From Campylobacterota bacterium (lineage in GTDB: Bacteria > Campylobacterota > Campylobacteria > Campylobacterales > Sulfurimonadaceae), in the NCBI GenBank assembly GCA_034717975.1, contig JAYEMF010000023.1:1-21882 (forward strand): DNA of 21,882 bases, read 5' to 3'. This document shows, one piece after another, positions 1 through 9,963 of the stretch. Position numbers and translations under genes: made by a program. The stretch's first letter is position 1. Each line of letters begins with the position of its first letter. The notes beneath the pieces were generated by a model. It did not search any database, was not told where the DNA came from, and was given only the letters and a program-made list of their open reading frames with translations.

Positions 1-215
1 TTCTGTTCAGATGAGAGATCTTTTGCAAGTTTATTTAGCATCATACTCTTTCCTGTACCCGGCTTACCGTATACAAGGATCATTTTGAGCGGTTTCTTTA
101 CAGAATCTTTCAGTGTCTGATAGATTGTTGAAGTGCGGTCAAGCTGGATGTAGTCTTTCGCATCGACAACATCCAAAAAAACCTCTTTTTGTTTCTCGAA
201 GAGTGTGTTATTCAT
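1..215 (-). CDS. ExeA/MshM/CtsP-like P-loop ATPase, 5' part only (runs off the window edge; missing from the ORF track)
   Basis: Manual translation from ATG at 215: MNNTLFEKQKEVFLDVVDAKDYIQLDRTSTIYQTLKDSVKKPLKMILVYGKPGTGKSMMLNKLAKDLSSEQ... It has a Walker A motif (GKPGTGKS) and overlaps the secretin gene by 8 nt, the position of mshM/ctsP. Confidence 0.85.
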   Translation of the reverse strand, partial: MNNTLFEKQKEVFLDVVDAKDYIQLDRTSTIYQTLKDSVKKPLKMILVYGKPGTGKSMMLNKLAKDLSSEQ

Positions 216-1830
216 TGCCCTCATCTATCTCTTTAGGGCGTTCTTCATCAATCTTTTCCATTGTTTTACGAATATCACCCATACTGAATGCATGCTCTTT
301 TAGGTTTGTTTCATTGATACCGGTATAGCCAAGTTCAGTCAGTGACACACCACTGCCAGCTTTGTCAATAATATGCGGTTCGATGACCATGACAAGTTCT
401 TGGACCTGGGTACTGGTCTCTTCATATTTAAAAGCCCAACCAAGGATAGGAATATCACCTAAAAGTGGTACTTTATGTTCATCTTGCATTTTCTTAGTGT
501 TGATAAGACCACCAAGGATAACTCGTTCACCATCTTGTACAGTGACGACTGAAGCAAGTTGACGTCTCTCCAAGTCTGGCGGCATGGTACGATCGGTATT
601 GTCTCCTGCAATATCTTGTGCAGTTTGCGTAATTGATGGATTGATTTTGAGGGTTATTGTGCCATCATGAGAAATTTCTGGGGTGATGTCCAGCAGGACT
701 CCGGCAAAAACTGAACTGACAACAGTATTTTGCACGGTTGTTGTGACACCGCCACCAGTACCTTGTAAATTTGATGATTGTTCAACACTGTAGAAGTACT
801 CTGTACCGACTGTAATGAGAGCCGGTTGATTGTTAAGTGTCAGGACTTTTGGATTTGAAATAGCTTTGACATCACCTTGTGATTTAAGAAATTTTATTAC
901 TTCATTCAAACTTGCGGCACCCTGAGCTTGAAACATTTTGGCGGTGCCCGCTGTTCCAGGAATCAAAACGTCTTCAATTGCTCCCTCTGTAAATGTTTCA
1001 ACATTAGTTACACTCATTAAGTCAGCAGTAAGATTAAAGTTTTGAAGTGCATAAAGCTGTCTCCAGTCAACACCGGTGGATGACCCGTCACTTAGTGTGA
1101 CAGCAAGTAGATTTACATCGATTAGCACTTGGTACTGAACTTTTTTCTGAAGCTCTTTCAAGTACTCTTCCAAACGATTTATCTGTTTTACAGTGGCAGA
1201 TACCGTAACCATACCGGCATTTTTATTGATAATCGGTGCTTCTGCCTGATAGAGATCTTCAGGACGATTGAGAACACGTTGAAGTTCTAAATCAAGTTCT
1301 TCCCAGAATATAACTTCATCTGATGTTTCGATTTTCATACCGGTCTCTGTTTCTCCACTACTCTGCGCGGCGCTGGTACCCGCATCTGTCCCACTGCCTT
1401 CTGTACCCGATTTGGAACTCAGAAGGATATCGGTACTGCTCAATCCTTTTCGCTGTGACAATATATAGTCAATATTAAAAGTTTTAGTTTGCAGATAAGA
1501 GACTTTTAAAATATTGTTTTCAAGGGTATAGGAGAGGTCGTTTTCTGTCAGTATGATATCTAGTACTTCATCAATTGTCAGATTTTTTAACTTCGTTTTA
1601 TTGAGCGCTTTTTTTAAGGTTTTCTCTGCTTCAATGTCTGCAATAATGACACTGAATGAACACTCATCGCTCAGCTGATCGATAAATTCACCGACGTTTG
1701 TACCTTTTTCAGAAGAGATAGTGAATAGTTGATATGTACAATCAGCACTTAACGCTGATGTCATAAGCAACGAAGCCGCTGTCACCGAAACGATACTCTT
1801 TTTCAATGTAGTAAATGGAGATGCCTTCAT
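208..1830 (-). CDS. mshL: Outer-membrane secretin, MshL/CtsD (PilQ/GspD family)
   Basis: 540 aa with a signal peptide, an STN-like N-domain and a Ser/Gly/Thr-rich insert typical of MshL. Secretin C-domain motifs are present: SNPKVLTLNNQPALITVG, GVLLDITP, VTVQDGERVILGGL, KVPLLGDIPILGWAF, ELVMVIEP. Confidence 0.9.
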   Translation of the reverse strand: MKASPFTTLKKSIVSVTAASLLMTSALSADCTYQLFTISSEKGTNVGEFIDQLSDECSFSVIIADIEAEKTLKKALNKTKLKNLTIDEVLDIILTENDLSYTLENNILKVSYLQTKTFNIDYILSQRKGLSSTDILLSSKSGTEGSGTDAGTSAAQSSGETETGMKIETSDEVIFWEELDLELQRVLNRPEDLYQAEAPIINKNAGMVTVSATVKQINRLEEYLKELQKKVQYQVLIDVNLLAVTLSDGSSTGVDWRQLYALQNFNLTADLMSVTNVETFTEGAIEDVLIPGTAGTAKMFQAQGAASLNEVIKFLKSQGDVKAISNPKVLTLNNQPALITVGTEYFYSVEQSSNLQGTGGGVTTTVQNTVVSSVFAGVLLDITPEISHDGTITLKINPSITQTAQDIAGDNTDRTMPPDLERRQLASVVTVQDGERVILGGLINTKKMQDEHKVPLLGDIPILGWAFKYEETSTQVQELVMVIEPHIIDKAGSGVSLTELGYTGINETNLKEHAFSMGDIRKTMEKIDEERPKEIDEGNE

Positions 1831-1839
1831 AACTCTTTC

Positions 1840-2313
1840 CTATTTGATTTGAATTTTAATTTTTGGATTCGTAGCAGTGAGGAATAGTGTCCTCTTTGCT
1901 TTTCCACGTTTTAAGATAACTGAGTCTTCAGCTATTTTAGCTACGCTGTAACCTTTGACTTTGTCATCTTTTTTACACCATTTGCCTGCAATTAACGCAC
2001 TGTCATTCAATATGGCAGTTAACTTTAACGGCTTGACAATAACTTTTTTAGTAGCTGTTTTACTTGTGGCCGTAGCAGAACTTTTTGATGTTGTGGCTTT
2101 TTGTTTGTAGGCAACCTTAAAAGGGTTTTTTACTCTGTGCACTGCTTTTGCACTGATCCCTTTTCTCGGCGGTTTGATGGCTGCAATTTGAGCATCAACC
2201 CAGCCTGTATTTGCATTGGAAGCTATTGCAGCAACTGCTGGACTTTTTTCTGTCTCAGCAGTAGCGGCAAAGAGGGTGCCTGTAATGATCAGGGTTAGTA
2301 GTAATGTTTTCAT
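1840..2313 (-). CDS. MshK/PilP-like periplasmic pilus assembly protein
   Basis: Likely start MKTLLL at 2313 (TAATG overlap with the upstream stop), 157 aa. It has a signal peptide, an NPF motif, a T/S/K-rich linker and a C-terminal beta domain (LKLTAIL...ALIAGKW...GYSVAKIAEDSVIL). It lies between a PilO-like gene and the secretin. Confidence 0.6.
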   Translation of the reverse strand: MKTLLLTLIITGTLFAATAETEKSPAVAAIASNANTGWVDAQIAAIKPPRKGISAKAVHRVKNPFKVAYKQKATTSKSSATATSKTATKKVIVKPLKLTAILNDSALIAGKWCKKDDKVKGYSVAKIAEDSVILKRGKAKRTLFLTATNPKIKIQIK

Positions 2314-2945
2314 TAGTATGTAATCCCCCAAACTGATATTTGAAGATCAGCATTTAAGCGCTCTTCAGTTGTTATGGCAAATTGATGGATATCAACAACC
2401 AGAAAACTTTGTTCCAGGGAGTTGATATACTTCACTAGATTGTGAAAAGAGCCATAAGATTTGACATTTATATCCAGGACATGTCCAAATGCCTCTTTAT
2501 TGGTAGCAAAAGCATTGCTGTACTCTACAATTTTAATTTTGTATTTTTTGGCATTTTCAGAAACAGAGTCGATGTACTCACCCCATGCCTGCTCATCATA
2601 ATACAATTCAGAGATCTGCTCGATTTGATACTTGATGTATGCATTGCTGTCCTGGAATTCCAGGAATTTAGCTTCAATGGCTTTTGTCTGATTCTCAATC
2701 TGCACGATCATAGACTCCGGGTGGGTGCGTAGATAATTCTGATCTGCAAGAATCTTTTTCTCAAGAGATTGACTCTCTTTAAGTGCCTGATCGTAACCCA
2801 GTTTAGCGCTGTCCCATAAAAAATAATAGGAGAGAAATACTAAACCGCCTGCAATGAGAACAAAGATCATATAAATCTCTTTATCCTCTTTTTCAGCAAA
2901 GGCCTGATCTAATTGATAGAGATAATCTTCGATATTTATTTTCAT
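2313..2945 (-). CDS. PilO/MshJ-like inner-membrane alignment protein
   Basis: 210 aa with one N-terminal TM helix, a coiled coil and a C-terminal motif (INVKSYGSFHNLVKYINSLE) resembling the PilO/GspM G.F..L..F+..LE signature. Confidence 0.75.
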   Translation of the reverse strand: MKINIEDYLYQLDQAFAEKEDKEIYMIFVLIAGGLVFLSYYFLWDSAKLGYDQALKESQSLEKKILADQNYLRTHPESMIVQIENQTKAIEAKFLEFQDSNAYIKYQIEQISELYYDEQAWGEYIDSVSENAKKYKIKIVEYSNAFATNKEAFGHVLDINVKSYGSFHNLVKYINSLEQSFLVVDIHQFAITTEERLNADLQISVWGITY

Positions 2946-4474
2946 CGCAGCACCGCCTTCAGCTCAGCATAGTATCTGAACTTTTCTGGATCGTATGTGA
3001 TCTTTTCCATCAGGAATTGATAATTTTTTGTTTTTGCCTGTGTAAGATACTCAAGTAAAGCTGTAATATCTTTGTCTTTACGAGCACTTAATGAGAAGGT
3101 AAAGGTTTTACTCTTCTCATCTTCATTATATGCAGCTTTTGTCAAATTGACTTTGTACCGGTTGAAGTCTCTTGTAAAAGCGGTCATAATCTTGGCTTTC
3201 ATCGGATAATTTACTTTAACATCGTGAATTTTCTCCAATGTCGCTCTTTTGGCATCAAACTCGGCTTTTTCGTTGTCAAGCAGTTTTTGTGCTCGATCTT
3301 TGTTGGCAAGCTTTAGCTTGATGGTGGCTTCGCGTGTTACTTTAAGGTTATGCACTTCATTGTACTCTTCAGTAAGAAGCTGTTTATGAACCTCTTCCGC
3401 ATAAGTCATTGTCCAGAACGTTACCGGATAAGCCATAGCTACAACAAGGGAGGCAGCTGTTAACGCGATGAGTTGACCACTTTTACGCTGTAAGAAAGGA
3501 GGTGGTCGGTGATAGGTTGTAAAGTTACACTCATAACGCTCTTCAGGCTGCATTTGTGTGTAGAGATGCATAAGTGAATGAATCTGATCAACATACCATG
3601 TCTCACTCTCAAAACCGTAGTCAAAATCAAATGCCATTGATGCAAGACCGAGATAGGTTTGTGAATACTCATCTAAACCGGAGATAGCACCGATTTGCGA
3701 TCCGATGTAGACCTGGTCAATACGTTCAATATCGAAGATACGTTTTGCATAGGTCAGGACATCATTGATATGCAAGAAGATCTCACCAAATAGTTTGATA
3801 AGATGTTTTTGATACTCAGTATTTGTAACACTTAACCCCTCTTCGGCAAGAAGCTGTATGAAGACTTCGTAGTTGATCTGCTCACCGAGAAGTTCACAAA
3901 AACGTTCATGCATCTGTTTGAATGAAAATTTCAGTGATTTGGTGTAAATGAACTCCTGTTCATTGTAGAGTGTGAAGAAAGCATCATTTTCCTGAAAATA
4001 GAGGAAGCTGTGGACACCGTTGTCATCAATGATCTCTTTTTGATAAAGTGATTTTAACAAGAGTGGAACAGGAACAATCTGATCAATGTATTTAAGTGCT
4101 TCTACACTTTCTGAAAACTCTTCTTCAAAATCTGTTGGATCAACAACAAAAACATGATAAAAGTTATTGTTCTCATCGGTATGTGCAGCTGAAATATAAT
4201 GAATCTGGTATTCGATGGCCATATCGAGTGCCAACTCTTCATAGATCTTATCTTCAAGTGCATCGTAAATATCTTCTTCAGGGATATTTTTACTGATGTC
4301 GATCATTGCAGTAATGAAACTTTTAGTATTTAAAAACGATATTGCATACTGCTCTTTTGAAAACTCCGGCTTCTCTACTTGTGTCAGACGATTCGACACA
4401 CCCTTATAATAACTAGCTTTATACGGATTGATAGAGATGACACTGGAAAATGTCTGATTTACTGTTTTGTCCAT
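2942..4474 (-). CDS. PilM-PilN fusion (MshI/GspL-like architecture)
   Basis: 510 aa: an acidic cytoplasmic ~330-aa domain, a TM helix (LIALTAASLVVAMAYPVTFW), a coiled coil and a PilN-like C-terminus. It is the first gene of the pilus cluster. Confidence 0.65.
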   Translation of the reverse strand: MDKTVNQTFSSVISINPYKASYYKGVSNRLTQVEKPEFSKEQYAISFLNTKSFITAMIDISKNIPEEDIYDALEDKIYEELALDMAIEYQIHYISAAHTDENNNFYHVFVVDPTDFEEEFSESVEALKYIDQIVPVPLLLKSLYQKEIIDDNGVHSFLYFQENDAFFTLYNEQEFIYTKSLKFSFKQMHERFCELLGEQINYEVFIQLLAEEGLSVTNTEYQKHLIKLFGEIFLHINDVLTYAKRIFDIERIDQVYIGSQIGAISGLDEYSQTYLGLASMAFDFDYGFESETWYVDQIHSLMHLYTQMQPEERYECNFTTYHRPPPFLQRKSGQLIALTAASLVVAMAYPVTFWTMTYAEEVHKQLLTEEYNEVHNLKVTREATIKLKLANKDRAQKLLDNEKAEFDAKRATLEKIHDVKVNYPMKAKIMTAFTRDFNRYKVNLTKAAYNEDEKSKTFTFSLSARKDKDITALLEYLTQAKTKNYQFLMEKITYDPEKFRYYAELKAVLR

Positions 4475-5787
4475 TGCCCTTCGTCCTTTTTGAATTTTAC
4501 GGTTATCATTCCACAGAAGCTGTTGTCGTCATAGAGTTCTATGCGATAACGGCGCTTGGCATTGTCGAGTGAAAACTTGCTGTTTAAGTCACTTAAAGCA
4601 ACCAAACATCCATTTTCATTCTTTTTGCCAGAATCTGTATACCCAATGATGTTAACCCGCAATCGATCACTCGCGTTAACCTTAAAATCGGCAGTTACAA
4701 ATGTTTCTGAAGCTATTGTAACATCTTTTTGATCTCCGTCAACCAAAATCGGCAGTTTGGAGATGCAATCTTTTGTTTTAAAATGTTCAGGTTTTAGATT
4801 TGTAATAATCTTGTTGCCAATATAAAGAACATAGTCACCTTTGACCTGTTTTACACTGCCCAAGGGGTGTGTAAAGCTAAAGGTACTCTCAAATAATGGT
4901 AGCGGAATAAAACTTAAATTATTTCTTATATCATTCAGATTCAGGGATATTTTGTTATTTATTACAATCTTTCCGTAGTTTTCCAGAAGATTTTTGACAC
5001 TCTTTTTACTTAAGGTGAAATGGCGATGATAACTGATTCCCATTATCTTCATGAAGGACTCAATGGCATTAAGCTGATAATAGACCTTTTCGGCCAGTGT
5101 GGAGAGGTTTTTACTTGTCTCAATTGCAAAAGCGGGTTTGTTGTGGGTAACTGCAAAATAGGTTAATGAGAGCTGCATCGCTTCGTCATCGAATTTTGTT
5201 TGAGTGTTTTTTACATTGAAGGTATGGTGCTCTTCAAGAAGGGTGCTGTTTAACTGTTTACTGACTTTCTTGGCGATCTCTTCAAGATTGCCGAATGGCT
5301 GATTGACGGAGAGATTGCACTGGTCGATTACACAGGTCTGTCCCCATGCATTTGGATTGAAGATAGTACTGGTGTAGTTCTGGCGGTAGAATCCGTGTCC
5401 GTCATGCAGGTTCAGGACCAGAGAGACTTGATCGTCGGTAATGGTTTTTTTGATGCTGCTGACAGCCGGAGCGTCCTGGTCGGATGGTGCAATAGCGGAA
5501 AATTTGCGATTCATATCGCCATGTACACCACGACTGTTAGCCTGAATACTTGGACGGTTAAGATCGGGAACGATCCAAAGGTTTCCTTTTGTGATCTCAT
5601 AATACTGCATCAGCATTGCCGTTGCGAAATAGCCACCCGGTTCATTTCCGTGAATACCGCCGATCACAAGAAGTGTCGGGTCGGAGGTGTTGTTCTCCTT
5701 TTTATCCAGTAAAAATGATGATCCGTGGAGATGGGCCAGTAACAAACTGCTTAAAACAAAAAGGCGTAAACTACTTTTCAGCAACAA
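4459..5787 (-). CDS. pgp1: M99/M14-like peptidoglycan DL-carboxypeptidase, Csd4/Pgp1 family
   Basis: Motifs GGIHGNEPGG, GDMNRKF, LNLHDGHGFYR, NPNAWGQTCVIDQ and AFAIETSK, plus a signal peptide. The TTG start is uncertain. Confidence 0.88.
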   Translation of the reverse strand: MLLKSSLRLFVLSSLLLAHLHGSSFLLDKKENNTSDPTLLVIGGIHGNEPGGYFATAMLMQYYEITKGNLWIVPDLNRPSIQANSRGVHGDMNRKFSAIAPSDQDAPAVSSIKKTITDDQVSLVLNLHDGHGFYRQNYTSTIFNPNAWGQTCVIDQCNLSVNQPFGNLEEIAKKVSKQLNSTLLEEHHTFNVKNTQTKFDDEAMQLSLTYFAVTHNKPAFAIETSKNLSTLAEKVYYQLNAIESFMKIMGISYHRHFTLSKKSVKNLLENYGKIVINNKISLNLNDIRNNLSFIPLPLFESTFSFTHPLGSVKQVKGDYVLYIGNKIITNLKPEHFKTKDCISKLPILVDGDQKDVTIASETFVTADFKVNASDRLRVNIIGYTDSGKKNENGCLVALSDLNSKFSLDNAKRRYRIELYDDNSFCGMITVKFKKDEGQWTKQ

Positions 5788-6730
5788 TTTTCATCTTTCC
5801 ATTATTTAAACGTACGATAAGACTTTTGTTCCCTTGAAAATTAACACGATTGGAAAGATAGGTCTCCTTAAACCAGATCAGAAAGAGATTTCTTTCGCTG
5901 GATGGATAAGGGATGATGTTAAGTGATCTGAAATCTATCTGTTTTTTATCGTTGTAAGCAAAAACCTGGCGCTTGTACGCTTTAAAACGTTTTTTATTCA
6001 TCCCGTCATAACGCTGAAAGTCATCGGCATAGAAATCTAGGTAGGCTGTTAGGTCATTATATAGCCATGTATATCGCCAGGAAAAGAGTTCAGCAAGTAA
6101 AGAAGCCATGGTGTCTAATGTGACAGGCGCTTCCTCTTTTGGTTCAATGATGACAATACTGTTTTCAAGGGATAGTTTTTCACTCATACAGGTGATGTCA
6201 CTGTTTTCAATGGCAATACACCCTCTCGTATAAGGTTCTCGCTCTGCATTGTCAGGCAGACCGTGGATCCAGATACCTGAACCGTTCTTGCCTTGTAAAC
6301 GATCATAAAAGTTTGGATAAGAGGTGACAAAGGCCAGCGGTCCGTAGAAAGGATCAAGCTGGTCGAGTTTTTCTGTCAGATGATAGACACCGACGGGTGT
6401 TTTCAGGTCGCCTTCACGCCGCTTGTCACCGTCAAGCTTGCCGGTATAGGCATTGAAGGTGTTTTGTAAAACAAACTCGCCTTCTGCATCACGCTTGAAA
6501 AATGAGAGTTTGGAACGCTCTTTATTGCACTGTAGAAGGGAGTTGACACTCTCAAAGTAGCCAAAGCGAAGGTCTTTCCCCGAGAGTTCATTTTCCCAGT
6601 AGGAAGTCTTAGCGAGTTCACGATCAAGTTTTTTGGTTATCTCTTCAATACCATGCATACGATAAAGTGTTGCAAGCTCTTGTGAGAAAAGAGAGGTTGA
6701 GAGCATGGCCAATAGCAGTAATCTTATCAT
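5771..6730 (-). CDS. pgp2: YkuD-family L,D-carboxypeptidase, Csd6/Pgp2 family, with C-terminal NTF2-like domain
   Basis: Motifs GDKRREGDLKTPVGVY, YGPLAFVTSYPN and catalytic GIWIHG...TRGCIA. The C-terminal W...W...DL.AYLDFY segment is NTF2-like. Confidence 0.88.
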   Translation of the reverse strand: MIRLLLLAMLSTSLFSQELATLYRMHGIEEITKKLDRELAKTSYWENELSGKDLRFGYFESVNSLLQCNKERSKLSFFKRDAEGEFVLQNTFNAYTGKLDGDKRREGDLKTPVGVYHLTEKLDQLDPFYGPLAFVTSYPNFYDRLQGKNGSGIWIHGLPDNAEREPYTRGCIAIENSDITCMSEKLSLENSIVIIEPKEEAPVTLDTMASLLAELFSWRYTWLYNDLTAYLDFYADDFQRYDGMNKKRFKAYKRQVFAYNDKKQIDFRSLNIIPYPSSERNLFLIWFKETYLSNRVNFQGNKSLIVRLNNGKMKIVAEK

Positions 6731-7602
6731 TCGTACCCCATATCGCGGAGGAGCTCTTTGTCACTAGTCCACCCTTTTTTAACCGAGACAAAAAGATCCA
6801 AAAAGACTTTTTTATCGATGAGGCGTTCGATTTTCGCTCTGGCATCTCTTCCGATGCGTTTAATCGCACTGCCGCCTTTACCGATAATGATCCCTTTCTG
6901 GCTCTCTTTTTCAATGATAATGGTCGCACGCACGCGCTCAAGGCCATCCTCCTCATCAATTTTATCGATAAGTACATCGGACTCATAGGGGATCTCGTCG
7001 CTGATATTCTCAAAGATCGCTTCACGGATAAACTCTTTGTAGATATCGCGCAGCATCTCCGTTGTCATATCATCGGGATCATATAGGTAAGGTGATTCCT
7101 CCAGATGTTTGACAATCGTGTCGAGCAGATCCTCTTTTCCCAGCTTTTTGGTGACTGAAAGGGGAATCAGTGCTTCAAACCGGTCAGAGAACTGGTTGTA
7201 TTGGCCGATACGTTTGAGCAGCTTCTCCTGAGAGACCTGATCGATTTTACTGAGTACAATAATATGTTTGCGACTGTTTTGATAGTGTTTTAAAAACTTC
7301 TCATAGTGTTCAATGGAGTCAGTGGCTGGTGCCAGGTAGACAACCAGGTCACAATCACCAATTGCTTTAAGGGCTTCTTCCATCATATACTGGTTAAGAA
7401 GTTTCTCTTTTTCATGCAGACCGGGAGTGTCTACAAAGATAATCTGGTCATGATGATGCATAACAATAGCATTCGAGCGTTTTCTTGTAGCATTGGCCTT
7501 CTGACTGACCAGCGCAATCTTTTCACCAAGTATCCAGTTCATCAGGGTGCTTTTCCCCGCATTTGGACGTCCGACCAGTGCTACGAAGCCTGCTTTTGTC
7601 AT
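6727..7602 (-). CDS. era: GTPase Era
   Basis: G1 GRPNAGKS, G3 DTPG, G4 SKID, KH domain IIGKGG. Confidence 0.97.
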   Translation of the reverse strand: MTKAGFVALVGRPNAGKSTLMNWILGEKIALVSQKANATRKRSNAIVMHHHDQIIFVDTPGLHEKEKLLNQYMMEEALKAIGDCDLVVYLAPATDSIEHYEKFLKHYQNSRKHIIVLSKIDQVSQEKLLKRIGQYNQFSDRFEALIPLSVTKKLGKEDLLDTIVKHLEESPYLYDPDDMTTEMLRDIYKEFIREAIFENISDEIPYESDVLIDKIDEEDGLERVRATIIIEKESQKGIIIGKGGSAIKRIGRDARAKIERLIDKKVFLDLFVSVKKGWTSDKELLRDMGYE

Positions 7603-7611
7603 CTTAAACCT

Positions 7612-8940
7612 TTAAAGTATGTAACGCGAGAGATCTTCATCTTCGATCACCTGATCCAGTTTCGCATGGACCAGTTCAGCGGTGATCGTAACTGTCTCAC
7701 CCTGTTTCTCATCGGCATCGAAACTGATCTCTTCCAGGATATTTTCCAAAACTGTGTGTAGGCGGCGTGCACCGATATCTTCTGTCTTTTCATTGGCACG
7801 ATGGGAGAGTTTGGCGATGGCCCGGATGGCGTCATCAGAAAACTTCAATTCAACTTCTTCAACCAAGAGAAGTGCTTCGTACTGGCGTAAAAGTGAGTTT
7901 TTTGTCTGTGTCAGGATCTGATAGAGTGCTTCTTCATCGAGGGATGACAGTTCGACTCTGAGCGGAAATCGTCCCTGCAGTTCAGGAATAAGATCGCTTG
8001 GTTTACTGACGTGGAAAGCGCCTGCAGCGATGAAAAGGATGTGATCGGTTTTGATCACACCGTATTTGGTAGTCACTGAGCTCCCCTCCACGATAGGCAA
8101 AAGGTCGCGCTGGACTCCCTCTTTGCTAGGGTCATTACGCCCCTCGCTTTTGGAACTGACGGCAATCTTGTCGATCTCATCGAGGAAAACGATACCGCCC
8201 TGTTCAGCACGTCTGATCGCTTTGGTCCGGATCGCTTCCATATCGAGCAGCTTGTCGCTTGCTTCGGCTTTGAGCATCTCTTTGGCCTCTTTGACACTCG
8301 CCTCTTTTTTGGCCTCTTCTTTATTGAAGCTGCTGAACATTTTGGAAAAAGATTCCTGAACTTTTGCCATCTCCGGAGGCATATTGGCGTCGTTAAACTC
8401 TACCTGAAGCTTTGGAAGATCGATCTCAATCGTTTTCTCATCCATATCTCCATTGATGACACGTTCATACATACGTGCTTTGGAGCTGGCATACTCCTCT
8501 TTTTTAGTGTCGCTGGCGAGTGAAGGCAGCGGTGGAAGCAGTTTTTCGACAATGGTATTGATAACATAACGTTCGATCGCCTCCTTATTCTTCTCCTGCT
8601 CTTCCGTTTTGACAATGGTGATAGAGGTCATAACAAGATCACGGATCATTGATTCGACATCCCGACCGACGAAACCGACTTCGGTGTACTTACTGGCTTC
8701 TACTTTGATGAATGGAAGACCCATCATTTTGGCCAGGCGGCGGGAGATCTCTGTTTTTCCGACACCGGTCGATCCGATCATCAGGATGTTTTTCGGCATG
8801 ATCTCATCCTGGAGTTCCTGACTCAGCTGCATACGGCGATGTCTGGTACGAAGTGCAAGTGCGATGGTGCGTTTGGCATCATTCTGGCCAATGATGTAGT
8901 TATCCAGGTAAGCTACGATCTCTTTGGGGGTAAGGTTCAC
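7612..8940 (-). CDS. hslU: ATP-dependent protease ATPase subunit HslU
   Basis: Motifs [44 protein letters not shown] and C-terminal DLSRYIL. GTG start overlaps the hslV stop. Confidence 0.98.
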   Translation of the reverse strand: MNLTPKEIVAYLDNYIIGQNDAKRTIALALRTRHRRMQLSQELQDEIMPKNILMIGSTGVGKTEISRRLAKMMGLPFIKVEASKYTEVGFVGRDVESMIRDLVMTSITIVKTEEQEKNKEAIERYVINTIVEKLLPPLPSLASDTKKEEYASSKARMYERVINGDMDEKTIEIDLPKLQVEFNDANMPPEMAKVQESFSKMFSSFNKEEAKKEASVKEAKEMLKAEASDKLLDMEAIRTKAIRRAEQGGIVFLDEIDKIAVSSKSEGRNDPSKEGVQRDLLPIVEGSSVTTKYGVIKTDHILFIAAGAFHVSKPSDLIPELQGRFPLRVELSSLDEEALYQILTQTKNSLLRQYEALLLVEEVELKFSDDAIRAIAKLSHRANEKTEDIGARRLHTVLENILEEISFDADEKQGETVTITAELVHAKLDQVIEDEDLSRYIL

Positions 8941-9482
8941 GCCTTCTCCTCATCTAAAGTAAGTGTTTTGATCTCATGGTTGGTATAGATACAGAGGTCA
9001 GCTGCAATATGAAGACTCTCCTTCACCAGCTCCTCTTCATCCATCTTGGCATGTTTTTTAAGTGCACGTGCGGCTGATATGGCGAAGTTACCACCGCTTC
9101 CGATCGATGCGATACAGCCATCTTCAGGTTCGACAACATCTCCGGTACCGGTAAGGATGAAGATATGTTCTCGGTTCAGGACGATCATCATCGCTTCCAG
9201 GCGGCGAAGGATCTTATCTTTTCGCCATGCTTTGGAAAAGTCGATCACCGCTTTGACAAGATCACCTTTGCGGTTGGAGAGCTGCTCTTCAAACATATCG
9301 AAAAGATTGAAAGCATCGGCTGTTGAACCGGCAAAACCGGCAAGGATATTACCGTGGTAGAGAGTACGGATCTTTGTGGCGTTGTTTTTTAAGACACTGT
9401 TGCCAAAGGTTACCTGACCATCACCGCCGATGACGGCTTTTTTCTCGCCTTTGTAGGCAAGAATGGTAGTGGCATCAAACAT
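8937..9482 (-). CDS. hslV: ATP-dependent protease peptidase subunit HslV
   Basis: Motifs [31 protein letters not shown] and CIYTN. Confidence 0.98.
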   Translation of the reverse strand: MFDATTILAYKGEKKAVIGGDGQVTFGNSVLKNNATKIRTLYHGNILAGFAGSTADAFNLFDMFEEQLSNRKGDLVKAVIDFSKAWRKDKILRRLEAMMIVLNREHIFILTGTGDVVEPEDGCIASIGSGGNFAISAARALKKHAKMDEEELVKESLHIAADLCIYTNHEIKTLTLDEEKA

Positions 9483-9929
9483 TTACTCACCTACGACATT
9501 AACATGGAGTGTGGCATGAATGCCGTGTCCAAGTTTGAGATCAAGGTTATGCTCACCGGTCATCTTGATGGCCTCTTTGTGGTTAATATGTTTTTTGTCA
9601 ATCTCAATTTTATGCTGATCGTTCAGGGCGTGGGCAATCTCATCTTTGGTAACGGAACCAAACAGATGGCCTGTATCTCCCAGTTTTTTGCTGATATTGA
9701 TCTGGAGTTTGTCAAGTCTGGCTTTGAGGGCATTGAGATCTTCGATCTCCTGAGCTGCATTGGCCGCTTTTTTGCGCTCCTGTGAAGCATGCTGTTTGAC
9801 AACGTCATTGGTGGCGTGTTTGGCCATTCCTCTTCCGATCAGGAAGTTCTTGCCATATCCGTCTTTTACCTCTTTGATCTCACCGGCTTTGCCAAGCCCT
9901 TTAACATCTTTTGTAAGTAGTACTTTCAT
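9483..9929 (-). CDS. rplI: 50S ribosomal protein L9
   Basis: True start is [30 protein letters not shown] at 9929 (148 aa); GHLFGSVT motif present. Confidence 0.97.
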   Translation of the reverse strand: MKVLLTKDVKGLGKAGEIKEVKDGYGKNFLIGRGMAKHATNDVVKQHASQERKKAANAAQEIEDLNALKARLDKLQINISKKLGDTGHLFGSVTKDEIAHALNDQHKIEIDKKHINHKEAIKMTGEHNLDLKLGHGIHATLHVNVVGE

Positions 9930-9963
9930 CTTTAGCCTTTGAATATCTTGTTTTGTTAAACGC

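Noticed and set aside
9468..9482. HslV begins MFDA before the catalytic Thr
   Set aside because: A short propeptide is normal for Campylobacterota HslV.
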